Positions 46,585-61,430 are shown, counted from the first letter of the stretch. The stretch: 64,000 bases of DNA from Amoebidium appalachense (GCA_963693365.1 CAVNZM010000011.1:1364001-1428000), one strand, 5' to 3'. Notes: a model not told the origin generated them from the letters alone. Numbers and translations are program-made.

Positions 46585-46986
46585 ACAGACCGAGCCAAGC
46601 ACTACATATCCCGGGTGGCGCAGCCCAGCAAACCCACAGACGATGGCTATGGCAGTGAGAGCTCGACCGCCGAGTCCCCCCACCCCTCCAGACACCACAC
46701 AGCCCCGGATGTGGGCTTCCCCCCCTCCCTCCTCCCCTCCCCGCCTCTGGCGCGATCCGTCTTCCTCTCCTTCTGTCTCTGTCTCTAAGTCCGTCTTTCT
46801 TTGTCCCCTTTTTCAACCCCGGGTCGAAGCCAGTCTTTTGTGGAGGCAAAGGAGTCCTTCTGTTAACAGGGTGCTTATGTTTCGTTCGACTGTACATTTG
46901 TTCAACTTCTGTTCTGTGTTGATGTTAGGATTTTTTGGGGGGGGAGTCGTTGTTTCCATGTTTGCAACCCTTTTACTGCATACATC

Positions 46987-47021
<35 letters not shown>

Positions 47022-47175
47022 CCGCCGCCGCTGCCGCGTCGACCAATCTCTCACTGTTGTTGACCTTTTGCTCTTCTCTGTACTGGAAGCACTGTGGAAC
47101 TTGTAGAGAACTGGATGGATCAGGGGCGAGAGGGGGGAGGGGGGGGGGGGGGGATATGATGACAAATATCCTCCC

Positions 47176-47222
<47 letters not shown>

Positions 47223-48391
47223 AAAAAAAAAAAAAACCTGGTTCACTTGGGGGGGGGGGGGGGGGGGGGGGGGAGGGATTGGAGTTAGAGAAAAGTAAAT
47301 GGTGTCAATGGAAGAGAGAAGGTCCCTTTTGCATACTACGGCTGCCGAATAAAGGCGGTTAAGACATGTACATGGGGACAGGGGCATGTGTGATTACGAT
47401 CAGGTCTCTGTTACAAGGATGCCTGGGATGAGGAAGGGGGGGGGGGAGGGGGGGGGGGGGGGGGGAACACGGGCGCGCAGTTAAACGGCAATGTGTGGTG
47501 TTTTGTTTGTGGAGTTGGGTTAGGGGAAGGAAAGGTCTCGTGGTGTGTCTAGCACTGGGTGGGTGTGCAGGGGGGACGGGGAGGGGGGGGGGGGGGGGGG
47601 GGGAGGGGGGATAAGGGGTGGGGGAAGGTTGGGGGGGGGGGGGGGGGGGGGAAGATAAGGAGAAGGGGGAAGGGTGTTAGTGAGAGACCGATCAATCTTT
47701 GATCATTTGGGAACAGAAGTGGAGGGTAGGGGGTGTTTGCGCGTTGGGTTGGAAAGGGTTGGGGGGAGGGGAAGGGGCCGGGGGGGAGAGGGGGAATGGA
47801 CACTGAGTGTTCCACTTACAAATGTTTTCTATTTGACAGGAGGGAGTCAGTGCAGATGCAGACGCACACAAAGCAAACACACAGAGAAGGAAAGCACACA
47901 CACACGGGCACGGTGGGGAGGGTGGAGGTGCACATGCAAGCGGTGGGTCCAGGCACAAAGACTACACCCCGGAGCAGGAGGAGGCAGTGAAGAACATGCG
48001 CAAGAGGGGCACCAGCTACTATGCCGTGCTGGGGGTGCCGAAGTATGGGCACACACATGCACACACACAGGCACACAGCAAACACACACACACGCACATA
48101 CACACATGCATATGTACAAGCACACACACACACACACACAGGCACGCACGCACAAACACACACACACACACACGGCCACACAGCCACACATGCACCCGTC
48201 CTCTCTCTGACAACTTGGCTTTCTTCCTCTCTGTGTGTGTGCAATCCCCTTTCTCTGTCCCTTTTCTGCTGATATGGGTGTGACATGGGTGCCCATGCTT
48301 ATTTGCTTTGTGGGTGAGTTTGTGTATATAGGAACATGAACACGTCCTCATACTTATATCCTGACACGTCCATCCACACACGCGCGCGCGC

Positions 48392-48461
<70 letters not shown>

Positions 48462-48880
48462 TGCCGATGATGCCACGATCAAAAAGGCATACCGCAAACT
48501 AGCGCTTCAGTTCCACCCAGACAAAAATAAGGCCCCGGGTGCAGCAGAAGCATTTAAGCTCATTGGAAAGGTGCGTGGGTGTGCAAGAGCGCTAGCCCTT
48601 CAGAAGGGAGGGGGTCCGGGGGGGGGGGGGGGGGGGGGTAGGCATTGGTTTAGGCAATGATGTAACCGAGCGGGGTGGGAATTTAGGTGTGCTACATGGG
48701 AATCGGAGGGTGGATGGGTGGGGAGGGGGTTGGAAGGAGGGAGGGAGTGGGTGAGGGAAGGGGAAAGAAGAAGAAAGGGCCATGGAAGGGGGGGGAGAGA
48801 GGGGATTGACATGGCAGCGTTGCCACATGTACTTTTCAGGGGGAAGCTGTGGAAGGAGTCCCAACCCCGAAAAGACCATC

Positions 48881-48914
<34 letters not shown>

Positions 48915-49357
48915 CATATCGTCTCCTCCCCCCCCCCCCCCCCCCCCCCCCTTCCCCCCCCCTTCCCCCCACCTCTTCCCGCGCATCCCCAATTTTGTTT
49001 TGCACGTAAATAATGGGTACAAACTTGCATATGGTGGATAATTATTCCTTGGGCCTTCCCTGAGATGTGTTGTGCTGTTTTTGCAGACTCTTTAATTTGT
49101 GTTCGTTTATGCAGATCTGCCTTATGGTGGTTGCTGTGAATCATCCTTTCACACATCCTTAGCAACCCCCTTACCCTCCCAACCCCACCTCACCCCCTCC
49201 CCACCTCCCCTCCCCCGGTCGAAACTCGGGTACTGTGGATGATATGGGCCCCCCCTGAGGATGGGCTCTGCTTATTATGCATACTATTTATGTATGGTTT
49301 GCATTTCGCATCGTGTTATCCGTTATTCTTGTGCACTTCGTACTTTATAACGCATTC

Positions 49358-49399
<42 letters not shown>

Positions 49400-50317
49400 C
49401 GCCCCCAACAAATACACTCACTCACTCACTCACTCACTCACTCACTCACTCACTCACTCACTCACACTCACTCACTCACTCACTCACTCACTCACTCACT
49501 CCCTCACTCACTCGCTCGATCGCTCACACACACACACACACACACACACACCCCTTTCCCTCCTCCTCGGTGCTTTCCGCCGGGTTTCCCATACCTGGAT
49601 GTTTTTTCTCGGCCACTGAAGACACTCTCAAACACACAGAGCAAGGTGCAGGCACATACACTACAGGCACACACCTGCATCCTGATGGGCACATACAGAC
49701 TCAGACGGATGAACACTCACCTTAATATATGGGCACACAATGTGAAAACTGGTCTCACACACGGATGTGCACACACATGTACACACACACACACATGTAC
49801 ACACACGCGCGCGCGCACGTGTGCACACACACACACACTCACACACCCACACACACACACACACACACTCAACTCACACACTCACACATGCACACATACA
49901 GGCGTTTAAGGTACTGTCTGAGCCGTCTAGCCGGCGCACATACGACCTGCAGGGAGACGAGGGCCTACAAAGGGCCAGCCAAAGGGGTGGGGGTGGGGGC
50001 TACCAGGCAGACGTACGTGCTTGCAACACACGTGCTAAATGCACACACATACCATGCAGATGTGCACGTGGGTGTATACAGGAATGCGCACAATCGTGTA
50101 TGTGCGCACATGCATGCCCCCGTGGGCGCACACACACACACATTCACTCCATACACACGAACACACAACACATGCACGCACGCACATACACATGCATTTG
50201 TACATGCTCATGCACGTGCACACACACACATGTGCACACGAAAACACATACATGAGAGCACACTGCTATCCACACCAACTCCCATGCACAGACACACATG
50301 TTCTTCCACACACACAC

Positions 50318-50372
<55 letters not shown>

Positions 50373-50556
50373 CTTTCTTGAGATATGGAGAAGAAGCCTC
50401 AAAGACACAGAATTCCGATATTAGTTGCACACAGAGAGCCACGCAAGAGCAGCAATAAGATGGTTTAAACCCACACATGTAGATGGACAAGCACGCAAGA
50501 ACTCTGCACACGCCCAATGCTGCCATTCTGCCTCCGGGTGGGCGGGTGGGCGGGCT

Positions 50557-50587
<31 letters not shown>

Positions 50588-51458
50588 GCTTTTTACGGTG
50601 GAAGAGGGGGCGCAATTGCAACAGCCAAGTAACCAGTGGGGGGGTGTTCTATTTAGGATTTTGACAGCTTCAGTGCGGAGGAGATGTTTCAGATGTTCTT
50701 CAATGGGATACCCCCCCAAGAGCTGAGGAACAGGAGGGCTAGACAGGCTCAGCAGGTGTGTGTTTGTGTGTGTGTGGTGGTGGGGGGGGGTGGGGGGGGG
50801 GGGGGGAGAGGGGGGGGGGGGGGTGCTATTTGTTTGAAAGGACGGGAGAGGAATGGGGATGGATGGGGTAGTGTTTATGAAGATGCAACAATACGTGCAT
50901 GGAGGGGATGGAAGGGGAGGGAGGAGTGTGTGTGTGTGCACGTGTTTTGTGGCGGCCTGGAGGGAGGGGAAGGCAAGTCTGGACCTAAATTCCGGAAGAG
51001 TAGTTGGTGGTAATTTGGGAAGAATTCTGGGATATAACAGATGCAATGTTTAGCAAACAGGTGGGTGGGTGGGTGGGTGTGGGTGTTGTTTGTGTATGTG
51101 TTTTTTTGTTTGTTTGTTTGTTTTTGTTTTTTTTGGGGGGGGGGGGGGGGGGGGGGGGGGAGGGGGGGGATGGAGGAGGAGGTGGGGGGGGGGGGGGGGA
51201 GGGGGGGGGGTATGGGATGAATAGTGCACGACTACACGTAATGTTATATATGAAAAGAGAGTGTCATCAAATGTATATTATGTCAGTGGGTTTGGGGGTG
51301 GTGTGTGTGTGGGGTGAAAAAGGGGGGGGGGGGGGGGAGGGGGGAGGGGGGGGGGGAATATGTCATTTGAGATGGAAAGACGTGGTCGCCTGATCTACTA
51401 AACCTTCTCAGTGTTCATATTTGAAAAGCATGTGTGTGTGTGTGTGTGTGTTGGGATG

Positions 51459-51492
<34 letters not shown>

Positions 51493-52456
51493 GTACTATA
51501 TGCAATTGAACGTACCTAATTTGATGACCCACCCTGCACACACACAGAGACGCACGCAGGGGGAGGCCAGTGAGGGGGGTTTATCGGCCCTGGTCAGCCT
51601 ACTGCCACTATTGATCCTCCTGGCTGCTACATTCTTTGCCCAGCTACTGGAGGCCCCCCAGCCATTCAGCATGGTACACATAAGCCCCCTCCCTAGTCTG
51701 TGTATCTGTGTATGGTGTCCACTTCTTTCTGTTTTTCACTGCTTTGCCGTAAAATCCTCCGTTTTCCGTATTCATTCCCTCCCCCTTGTTTTATTCGGAG
51801 AGAATGAGCTCTGCTTGTGTTGTTTGGTGGGCCGTCATGAAGGTGTGCCACGTATTCCGATGACAATGCTTACTACCCCCCCTCCATGTTTCCTACCCTC
51901 TAATGCATACATCACCTCCCCCCCTCCCTCCCCCCTCCCTCCCCCCCCTCCCCCCCCTCCCTCCCTCCCTCCCGGCTGCCCTCACCCCAACCGATGGCCG
52001 CACTCATTTCCGTTCCTTTCTTTTCTTGCCTAATCCCATCCTTCCCCCCCCCCCCCCCCCCCTTACTTCGTACCGTGTGCCGCATTCAAATCCCCCCCCC
52101 CCCCCCCCCCCCCCGCACATAGCCAAACGAGCTCACATTCCACCCACTACACAAGCACACGTATCATAGTGTGCTCGAACGCGCCCATGCACACATCTAT
52201 ACTTACACTCGTTCACCCACATTTGCACATTTGTAACCCGAACACATCCACACGCACACACGTTCACCACAAACGTACGTGCACAGATGCGCACGCACGA
52301 GTACAGGTATCTGCGGACCACAGATGCCCGGGGTGTGCCCTACTATGTGCGCCAGAATGAGCACGAGTTCAACAAAGAGTACAGGGGCCATGCCGACCTA
52401 TTCAGGCTGGAGGAGATGGTACGTCCCTTATCTATATCTCACAACGATTCCCCCCT

Positions 52457-52491
<35 letters not shown>

Positions 52492-52673
52492 GAAACCCAT
52501 GCTTTTGTGGAGGCATAGGAACCCCCTGATGATGGGCTCTGTTCAAGCGTCTTCTGCCTGCACGCTTCAATTGTTTGATTTTGGACTTCCCGCATTGTCG
52601 ACGTTTTGTTGATGCTCTTTGTTGTCTCCTCCATATTTCCAACCCTCTAACGCATACATCACCCCCCCCCCCC

Positions 52674-52709
<36 letters not shown>

Positions 52710-53939
52710 CTCTGTGTCTGTGGCTTCCTCTATGCCTGTGGGTGTGACATGTGTTGCACAAAGGGGATGTGCCTTTTGGTCCTGGCAGGTGTCGCTATTA
52801 GGGCCCAGGCGGCTCGCCGTGTGTGTATGTACGTAGGTGGGTGGGTGGGTGGGTGGTGGGTGGGCGGGTGTGGGGAGGGGAGGGGAGGGGGGGGGGGGGG
52901 GGGGGAGGGGGGGGGACATCTCTGGCCAACACACTCGTGTGTTTCTAATCTGGAAACTGGCGTTTTTGGGCATCTTTCTAGATTACAGACTGGTTTAGGG
53001 GTACAAGTAGTTGACGATATTGCAGGATGGATCACATGGGGTTGAGATTGTGTGTTATGCTTGTGGTGGAGTGACTGTGTGTGTGTGTGTTTGGGGGGAG
53101 GGGAGGGGGGGGGGGGGGGAGGGGGGGGGGGAAGGGGGCTGCAACGGACGGTAAGATGCAGGCAGATGCACATGTACATGTAGGCACAGCTTTGTTCACC
53201 ACTTACACGTATACGGTGTGTGGAACAGGTGGAGTCGCACTACCTGCACACCCTGCAAGACAGGTGCCGAAGGGAGAAACACCACCGAGACATGGAGATA
53301 CACCGTGCTAACACCTGGGGGGGTATGTGTCCCTCTCTGTTCCCTTGCATCTTCTTCCTCCGCCCCCTAGAAAGCACGTGCATGCAGTGCGATGCAATCA
53401 AGGCTTGAATGTACGGTCATGCACATGGGCATGGGCACACAGCGTCCATGAGTGTGCATGCACATGTACACGTGCATGGACTTGCATGAAGCGTGCCCAG
53501 TCATGCAGAGTCACAGATGTGGTCGCCATGCATGCACACCTCCGAGCACAGAAAGGAAGAATAAAAAGAGGTGTGTTTGCGGATCAAGGGGAAGGGTGGG
53601 AGAGGGGGGGGGGGGGGGGGGGGGTCTTTGTAATTGGAGGAAGGCAATAGTTGTGAGGTTTCTTGTACATTTGCTGCATAGAGTGACTAATTAATATCCT
53701 GGGGGGCTACAGACCGGGTGGGCCTTGAGCGAGCACGCAAGAGAGAGCTGACCAGCTGCAAGGCCATGCAACGCTTTTACGACGGAGAGAGGGTCACCCC
53801 CATTCACCAAACACCACCACCACCCCCTGTACCCGCACAAAACCCCCCACAATCTCCCCCACCACCACCACCAACACCTGCTGGCGATAATGCGAATGCA
53901 AAGACTGCGACAGAGCAAGTTAAAAAGGATGAGTTGTGA
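44643..53939 (+). CDS. DNAJB12/DNAJB14-like ER membrane J-domain co-chaperone (J domain, TM segment, DUF1977-like C-terminus)
   Basis: Exons at about 44643-44769 ([17 protein letters not shown]), 46589-46614, 47840-48042 (YTPEQ..YYAVLGV), 48459-48570 ([21 protein letters not shown]), 49902-50012, 50657-50755 (EEMFQMFF), 51548-51673 ([10 protein letters not shown]), 52287-52418 (VPYYV), 53229-53322 and 53713-53939. Confidence 0.92.
46810..47020 (+). mobile_element. Poly(C)-tailed repeat, subfamily 2, diverged copy
   Basis: GGGTCGAAGCCAGTCTTTTGTGGAGGC...TCCATGTTTGCAACCCTTTTACTGCATACATCA followed by poly(C). Confidence 0.65.
49217..49398 (+). mobile_element. Poly(C)-tailed repeat, subfamily 1, 5'-truncated copy
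   Basis: GGTCGAAACTCGGGTACTGTGGATGA...CTGAGGATGGGCTCTGC...CGCATTCAA followed by a long C run. Confidence 0.85.
52490..52675 (+). mobile_element. Poly(C)-tailed repeat, subfamily 2
   Basis: TCGAAACCCATGCTTTTGTGGAGGCATAGGAACCCCCTGATGATGGGCTCTG...CCCTCTAACGCATACATCA followed by a C run, and also preceded by a C run. Confidence 0.75.
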
Positions 53940-54199
53940 CCACCGTGCTAAAGCCGTCAACTATTTTCTTCGGCTTGCCCATAGGTCTTTTTTTCATTGA
54001 GCAACCGCGGCGCACATGTACACTGTATACCGACATCGAGTATTGGCATATATATCCGTGTATGCATGAGGGCCTAAGTGTGAATGTGCATAGTGTTCGG
54101 ATGGTGATGGACATGTATGGACATATGTGGCGTGTGGCTGTTGGTGTGATTGACTTGTAGAGTATTTTTTGCTGTTTGTTTCTATGTGGGAACTCGGGG

Positions 54200-54234
<35 letters not shown>

Positions 54235-54455
54235 GGGGGGGGGGAGGGGGGGAGGGGGGGGGAGGTGTTTTGAATGAATGGCACGAACAAAGCACACATG
54301 ATGTCTTCTAAGTCGTTGGACTACAGTCAGTGGTAGCAGGCTGGTTGATGTATTTTGTTGGTTGAAATGCTTTTAGTACTTCAGTAAAGTAGTTTTTGTG
54401 CCGGCGTTAGACCGGCACTAAGAAAACCTGAGTTACACCGGTGTAACGAGACCAT

Positions 54456-54515
<60 letters not shown>

Positions 54516-54534
54516 ACCACCACCACCACCATTA

Positions 54535-54639
<105 letters not shown>

Positions 54640-54753
54640 ATCGGCCCATCCAAGCCGTCCCCCAGCTGTGTTAGCCCGCACCCCCAACAATCCTCTCTCC
54701 CCCTGCCCCCAGGACCCTCTTAGCTAAGCTAACAATAGGCCCTACGTTTGCAT

Positions 54754-54785
<32 letters not shown>

Positions 54786-54789
54786 CCTC

Positions 54790-55060
54790 TCTTCCTGTTA
54801 CCCTGCCTGATTCTGATTTCAGGGTGACCCAAATTCAAGAATGATTATTTAGTTTGGGTTTCGTTTCGGGAGACTGGATTGAAACCTGAGTACTATGGAT
54901 GACTTGGGCCCTCCTCTGTGAGTAAGGATGGACTCGAACTCTGCTTAGTAATACGCCATATTCGTGTGTATGCTTTTATAACCGATGGAAAGGGCAATTC
55001 TTTGGTGCGCACTCGCTCCATGTACTTACATCCACTCCCACCCCCCCCACCCCCCAACCC
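54790..55060 (+). mobile_element. Degenerate near-full-length copy of the structured repeat
   Basis: ACCCTGC...GGGTGACC...TGGGTTTCGTT...GAAACCTGAGTACTATGGATGACTTGGGCCCTCC...GGATGG..CTCTGCTTA is collinear with the 33 and 38 kb copies. Confidence 0.7.
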
Positions 55061-56480
55061 CCGGGCGGTCCCCCCGGCTTGCTTTTGCCCACACGTGTAC
55101 AATCACCATCAACCCCTAAACGTTCCGCAAGGGTGCACATGAATTTCTATGCAGTTGGCCACTCACTGATTCTGAAGTCATAGCATGCTGGCACCACCAC
55201 CTACAGGCCACACTGGAATCAGCCTAGGTCGACAGTATCAAACACACTGCACGTGCACCGCACACACATGCGCGTGTGCTCGCACTCGCAGGGTGCACAC
55301 ACACGTGCACACACACACACACACATATACACATGTACCATATACACACCACGTGTACACCCACCTGCGCGCACGCGTGACATTCACATAGTTTGTCAAA
55401 CATGCAGCTATACACGCAAATGTAGACTGAACTTAAAACGCACGCACATACACGCACCGGGCTGTGCCACACACCCACACACACTAAACAGATTGTCAGG
55501 AGAAAAGCAGAACCGCGAATGACATGTGGGAGCAGGAATGCATGTACGCACGCACACATGCACACACACACACACACACACACACAGAGCACAGACACAC
55601 ACGTGCACACGCACGCACACAGGCACACACACACACACACACTCATGGACACTCTCAATAGCGTGATCATAGACTGCCACAGTTCATATGCTCAAAGCGT
55701 GGTGGCATGCATCATGATGCATGCGCGCACACGTGCCACACTGTTTCCTTCTTTTTTTTTTTCTTTCTTCCCGGGGAGGGGGGGGGTGGGGGGTTCGTAG
55801 CACCATGAAATTGTTGCACCAAGGTTTACGCAATTGTGTCTAGGGGGTTTAGCGCTATGGTTTTTCGTGCTGATTTTTCATGTCAGTATCGGATTTAACA
55901 TGTGCCTGATAAATGTTTCCGTTGATTTCTAGAATGTTTTGGGCTGCCGAAGAAAGTCAACTTGAGCCCCCCCCCCCCCCCCCCCCCCCCCCTCCCCCCC
56001 CCCCCCGCCGCAGCCCAAAACGGGGGGGGGGGGGGGGGGGGGGGGGGGGCATATGATCATGCAAGTGGAAGCGTAGTCGACTCCGTTACCATATTCGGAA
56101 TAGGGCAGAAATGTTGTAGAGAAACGCCTAACCACCAATACAGACCAACAAGTAATTAAAAACCACCGGGGCAGAGCTAAATGGCAAAAAAGGCTATGTG
56201 GCCTTTCTTATAAGTTTAGGGAGACGCTCTAGTGCAAACATTTCCCGGTACGGATTTAGAATGTTCCTGTGACAGTTTGGATCCCCGGGGGGTTGGGAGG
56301 AAGGGGGGTGGGGAGGGGGAGGGGGGAGGGGGGGGGGAGGGGGGGGGGGGAGGGGGGGGAGGGGGGACCCAGCTACCACTCCGGCGGCTCATAGCCATGG
56401 GGAGGGACGGGGGATGGGGGGAGGGGGGTGTTACAGGGGCAGGGTGGGGGGGCACCAGGGGCAACCTCGATATTCACTTC

Positions 56481-56531
<51 letters not shown>

Positions 56532-58335
56532 ACCCACCCCACATTTTGAATATTAAAAAACCTGGTTTTGTGATGGCGGCCATGACGTGCGTTTTGGAAT
56601 CTGTAACCCGTGATTCTAACCACTCCCCCTCCCGTCCCCCCCTCCTCCCCCCCCCCCACCCCCTCCCCCAGCAGCCCACCAGCCTTGGTCACCTGCTATG
56701 TGAATGAGTCTCACCTGTAGCACATTCTACCAACCCCTTGCCTTCTCCCCCCTCCCCCCCCCCCTCCGCCCGCCACACACACACACACACCACCACCACC
56801 ACCACCACGACCACGACCACCACACACCGCCGGCACCATCCATAAATACAGCAACACAAACATGCGCCTGTTTGTGCAGCAGCCCCTCCCTCCTTATGGT
56901 CGGTTCCGATGCACATCACACCGAGCATAGTGTCTTGAGTATCTGGGGTGTGCGCAGGATCCCCGCCTCCCCCCCCCCCCCCCCCCCCCTCCCCCCCCCC
57001 CCCCCCCCTCCCCCCCCCCCCGTGTGTTCATCGATATCTTGGGGAAGGAGGGGGGGGGGGGGGGGGGGGGTCTACGGTATACGGCGAAAGAAAGAGGCTA
57101 GTAGTACGGAGGGTGAGCGTGTGTGTGAATGTTACAGTAGCAGTGTGCCTTTGCACGTGTGTGCACTTTCAAGCTGAACAGTGCGTGTCTATAGTTGCAT
57201 ACATAGCATAATGAACCGTCCATGATTTCTGCATGAAAAGATTTACTAGATTAAAGTGTGTTTGCACTACTTGCATCCCAATACCATGTGTGTGTTTCAT
57301 TTTCGAATTCAACACCGTGCGTGCATGTGACTCAGTATGTATGTAAATGTGTACGTGTTTCTGCGCGGCGGTTGTGGTGATAATTGTCGCTACATAATAT
57401 GTGTGTGTGCAAGCGTGCGCCCGTGTTTACGTGAGTGTGGTTGAATTATGACTGTGCTTGTCTATGTAGGTGGGTGCTCTATGTGCGTGGTGCTGTGAGG
57501 TTGAGTGTTTGTGTGTCCAAATAATGAACAAAATATATGAATGTGATTTTGTGTGGGCTCGAGGCATGCACACACGTGCACATGCGGTTTTGTGTGTGTG
57601 CATCCCACACCTCTGAGCGTGAGACTCAGTCCTTGCATCACATATCCAATCATGTGAATTCTCTCGTTCTAGCATTACGCTGGCTGTTTAGCCGCCTTAG
57701 ATCCATATAATAGCTGTATATTTGTGTATGCATGTGACGTGTGCATGGGAATATTCCACTATCTGTAACTGCACGCCGCATGAGTATCTGATTCATGTGC
57801 ATTGATGTATGCGCATGCGGGTGGTGCACATGTGTGATTCTCTCTCTCTCTGTGTGTGTGTGTGTGAGCTGGTCCATCATGATGGCACAAGTGTGTGAGT
57901 CACTGTGAGAAAATTTGAAAATGGCGAGTGGGTGACGTGGGTGGGTGGGCGGTGAGTTAGTGGGCACGCGACACAGAGATTGGCTGAAATTATTGGCTAT
58001 GATAGGTTACCGTACTTCGGAAATAGGGTCAAATTGTTAACTTTCCCAGTCAATTGTGGTGGTGGTGGTGGTGGTGAGGTGGGGGGAGGGGGGGGGGGGA
58101 AAGGCAGGCTGCTCTTTAAAATCCACGAAATTTGGTAGGGTCTACTGTCTATTGTGTAATCCCCCCCCCCCCCCCCCCGGGGGGGGGGGGGGGGGGGGGA
58201 GGGGAGGGGGGGAGGGGGGGGAAGGAAGGGGGGGGGCATTTATCTTATTTCAAATTATTTCGGTAAGGAGGGTGGTGGTAGTGCACTGGTGGTGGTGGTG
58301 TGGGAAGGGCGAATATCCACAAGACCCCCTCTGAC

Positions 58336-58366
<31 letters not shown>

Positions 58367-58659
58367 CCAGGAGAGTGGGGGCGCCTGATCGAGGGGAGCC
58401 GGGGGGGAAGGAGGAAGTGGAGGGAAGCTAAGGCCTGTTTGATATTGAAACGGGAAGGGGGGTAATAGCAATTGTTTTTTTTGGGGTGGGGGGGGGGGGG
58501 GGGGGGGGGGGGGGAAGGGGGGCCCAAATGGGGGGGACCTACCCCTTTTGGGTCCTCCGAGCCCCCCCACCCCTCTGCTGGTTGGGGAAAAGGAGATGGG
58601 TGGGGGGGAAGGGGGGAGGGGGGGACCCACCACAACCCAGGGGGGGGCCACCCAAAAAT

Positions 58660-59300
58660 GACTCATGATGACAGTACGTAGATATTGGACACCAACTTTA
58701 ACCTCTTGAGGACCGTTAATTTCACGAGATCGAGATCGAGGTCGCCAGCACGAAGACGACCAAGTTTGTGGTCTAATGTGACCATGAAGTTGATAGGAAC
58801 TAGCCAAATAAAAGTTGCACGAGATTAGAAAACACACTTATCCCTCGTAAAAATTGAACTTACGTCTGAAACGATACCTAGGATATGGTGTATATACAAA
58901 GGGTGCTGGCCGGCTTGACGAGTCAATGACGACATCGAAGTGCTGTCAATGCAGTCTTCTGATTGGACCATTGTGAAAATGGCTCCAAATGGTAAAACAT
59001 GATTGGCCGGTTCAGTCGACATTCGATGGCAACTCCAAGATTTTCTCAAAATCTCGAAGTCACTTCCGAAAAACAGATATAAAAGTATTCGAAATAATGA
59101 TATTATCCCAAAACCATCTTAGTAACGTTTGAAGGTAAGACATACACCTGTCCGGGCATATGCAATCTATTTAAGCCTTTTCTATCGATTATGAGCCGCA
59201 ATAGAGTTGTTTAGGTCCCTACCGGCTGCCGGTAGATTCAATTAGTCCGGTCCTCTAGAGGTTAAATTCCATGGTGGTATTAAGGGTTGGCACTTTCTCT
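58660..59300 (-). mobile_element. Highly decayed non-LTR retrotransposon 3' fragment (same family as the 10.5-14 kb fragments)
   Basis: Across frameshifts it reads YVLPSNVT, VAIECRLNR, FTRDKC and VTLDHKL, in the same order as ILPSCRT, QWRSN, FNRSC and ILDF in the other copies. Confidence 0.45.
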
Positions 59301-59395
59301 ATATCCACTAATCCGCAAAATAGGTATTAATAATGTTGCACCGTACGAATATTACCTCAAGCCCTGTGGCCAGCGTCATTACACTAGCTAATATT

Positions 59396-59438
<43 letters not shown>

Positions 59439-59830
59439 CCTCCCCCACCCCTCCGACGGTAATCTCTCTGGCGCAAATGGCTCGCATGCCATCATTTGCC
59501 ATTGTTATGCATGATCACCAACAATAGAAACACACACACACATTAATACAAACACACATGCCACGGAAGGCACATGCATATCTGTGCCAGGGCATTGCCA
59601 GGCGCTCCACCAAATATTATATTGGTGTGGCCCCCGGCCCCCTAGAAGGGGAGAAGGTGGGGGGGGGGGGGGGGGGGGAGGGGGGGGGGGAGGGAGGGCC
59701 GGGGGAAGGGACCCACCACCCTGGCGGTCAGCTTGGTTGACCCGGGAAAGGGGGGGGGGGGGGGGGGGAGGAGTGGGAGGAAGGGGTCACGCCACCACCT
59801 CGAGCAGGTGGGTCCCCTCCCTCTTCCCCC

Positions 59831-59875
<45 letters not shown>

Positions 59876-61399
59876 AGGAACACCAGGGGGGATCTCAATG
59901 CCGACATACTACTGCCACGTGCACCCCTTAATTTCAAATTCCAAATTCTATAGAGCCTAATGATAATCCAGGGGGGCCGCGGAGGGAGGGGGGGGGGGGG
60001 GGGGGGGAGGGGGGGGGGGGGGGGGGGGGAGGGAGTGGATCGACTTGAACCTTGAAGTTCTCACACGCCGGCATAATTGTTATGATAGAATAGTCTATCT
60101 GTTTATTCCTGCTCTTCCCAGTCACGTACTTAGCCTGTTCCCGCCTACCCCGCCCCCGCGTACTTGGGGACCGCCTGGGGCCGCATACGCCAGGAACCAT
60201 ACATGTCTTCCTATTGGCTAGTACATAATCCTGATCTATCCTGAGAGACTATCTGTAACCCTATTGGACGATGTATTCGCGGACTGGCATCCGCGCAGGT
60301 ATATAAAGCAGCCAGATCATCCTCAGATGGTACCGGAGGATCAGAGATGTCAAACCACTTCCTGCGAACCTCTCTCTCTACTCTCGATCCGATATGTAGA
60401 AGTGATTGTCTGTCTCTTACAGAGGTCACAGGACCGAATCCTGCCTCTGCTCCACATTTATTCTGATACGACGTGTGTTTTTCACACCCATTGCAGAAAA
60501 AATTCTTTTGTTTTTGTAAACTGCTTCCCCCCCCCCCACCCACCCCACCCCCACCCCTTCCCCCCCGCCCCTCCCCCCCCAAACACAGACACACACGCAC
60601 GTTCTCTCTCTTCCACTCTCCCTCCCTCTCTCTCTCTCTCCCTCCCCCCCCCCTCTCCCTCTCCCTCTCCCTCTCCCCCCCACCCCCCCCCCCCCTCTCT
60701 CCCCGATCTCCCTTTTCCCCACCCCTCCTCTATTCTTTATTCTTTTTTGTTTATCTATGTTGCTAATTAATATTGCAATTGTTTTTATCGCTGAGTCATT
60801 AGTCCTTAGTGTGTGTGTGTGTTTGTGTGTGTGTGTTTTTTCTTCTTCTTTTTTTGGGTTGGGGGAAGGGGAGGGGGGAGGGGGGTGTACCAAGAACCAG
60901 TCGGAAATCGAGAAGCCCGCTCAATTCAACCGGTGTGGTAACCTTTTCGACCCATGCAAGACCCATCCTTTGCGCATCCCTCGAAATGCTGTCTGGTCTG
61001 TCTGTGATGCATTATTTAGTCGGGTTCAGCCAAAACAGTGAGCGCAATTTCGTATAAACCCCCCTTTGCCTGTGTCTATGGTACGGTATACGCGTTGTGT
61101 GGAGTATATCTGGCTTTCGTAGAACGGGAATATGTCCTTCAGTAATTTCGTGCGAAGTCATCCCAGATGACCGTCGGTACCTCGTGGCATTGAGAGGTCG
61201 TGACGTTTGGTTGACCAATTCGGAATCTTGCAAAAGTACCGGAAATGTCAACAGGAATTCGTCCCAGTCGACTGCCGGCTCATCCTTGACCACACCCATC
61301 TGCACAATGACTGCAGGGAACATACGGTTAGTGGGCTGATGTGAAGCCGGTTGTGATGACAGCATCCAACAAACCCACATCTTGCGACCACCATCATCC

Positions 61400-61430
<31 letters not shown>

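Noticed and set aside
55790-60000. Possible DNA-transposon remnants among G-rich blocks
   Set aside because: I could not pair convincing terminal inverted repeats or target-site duplications by eye.
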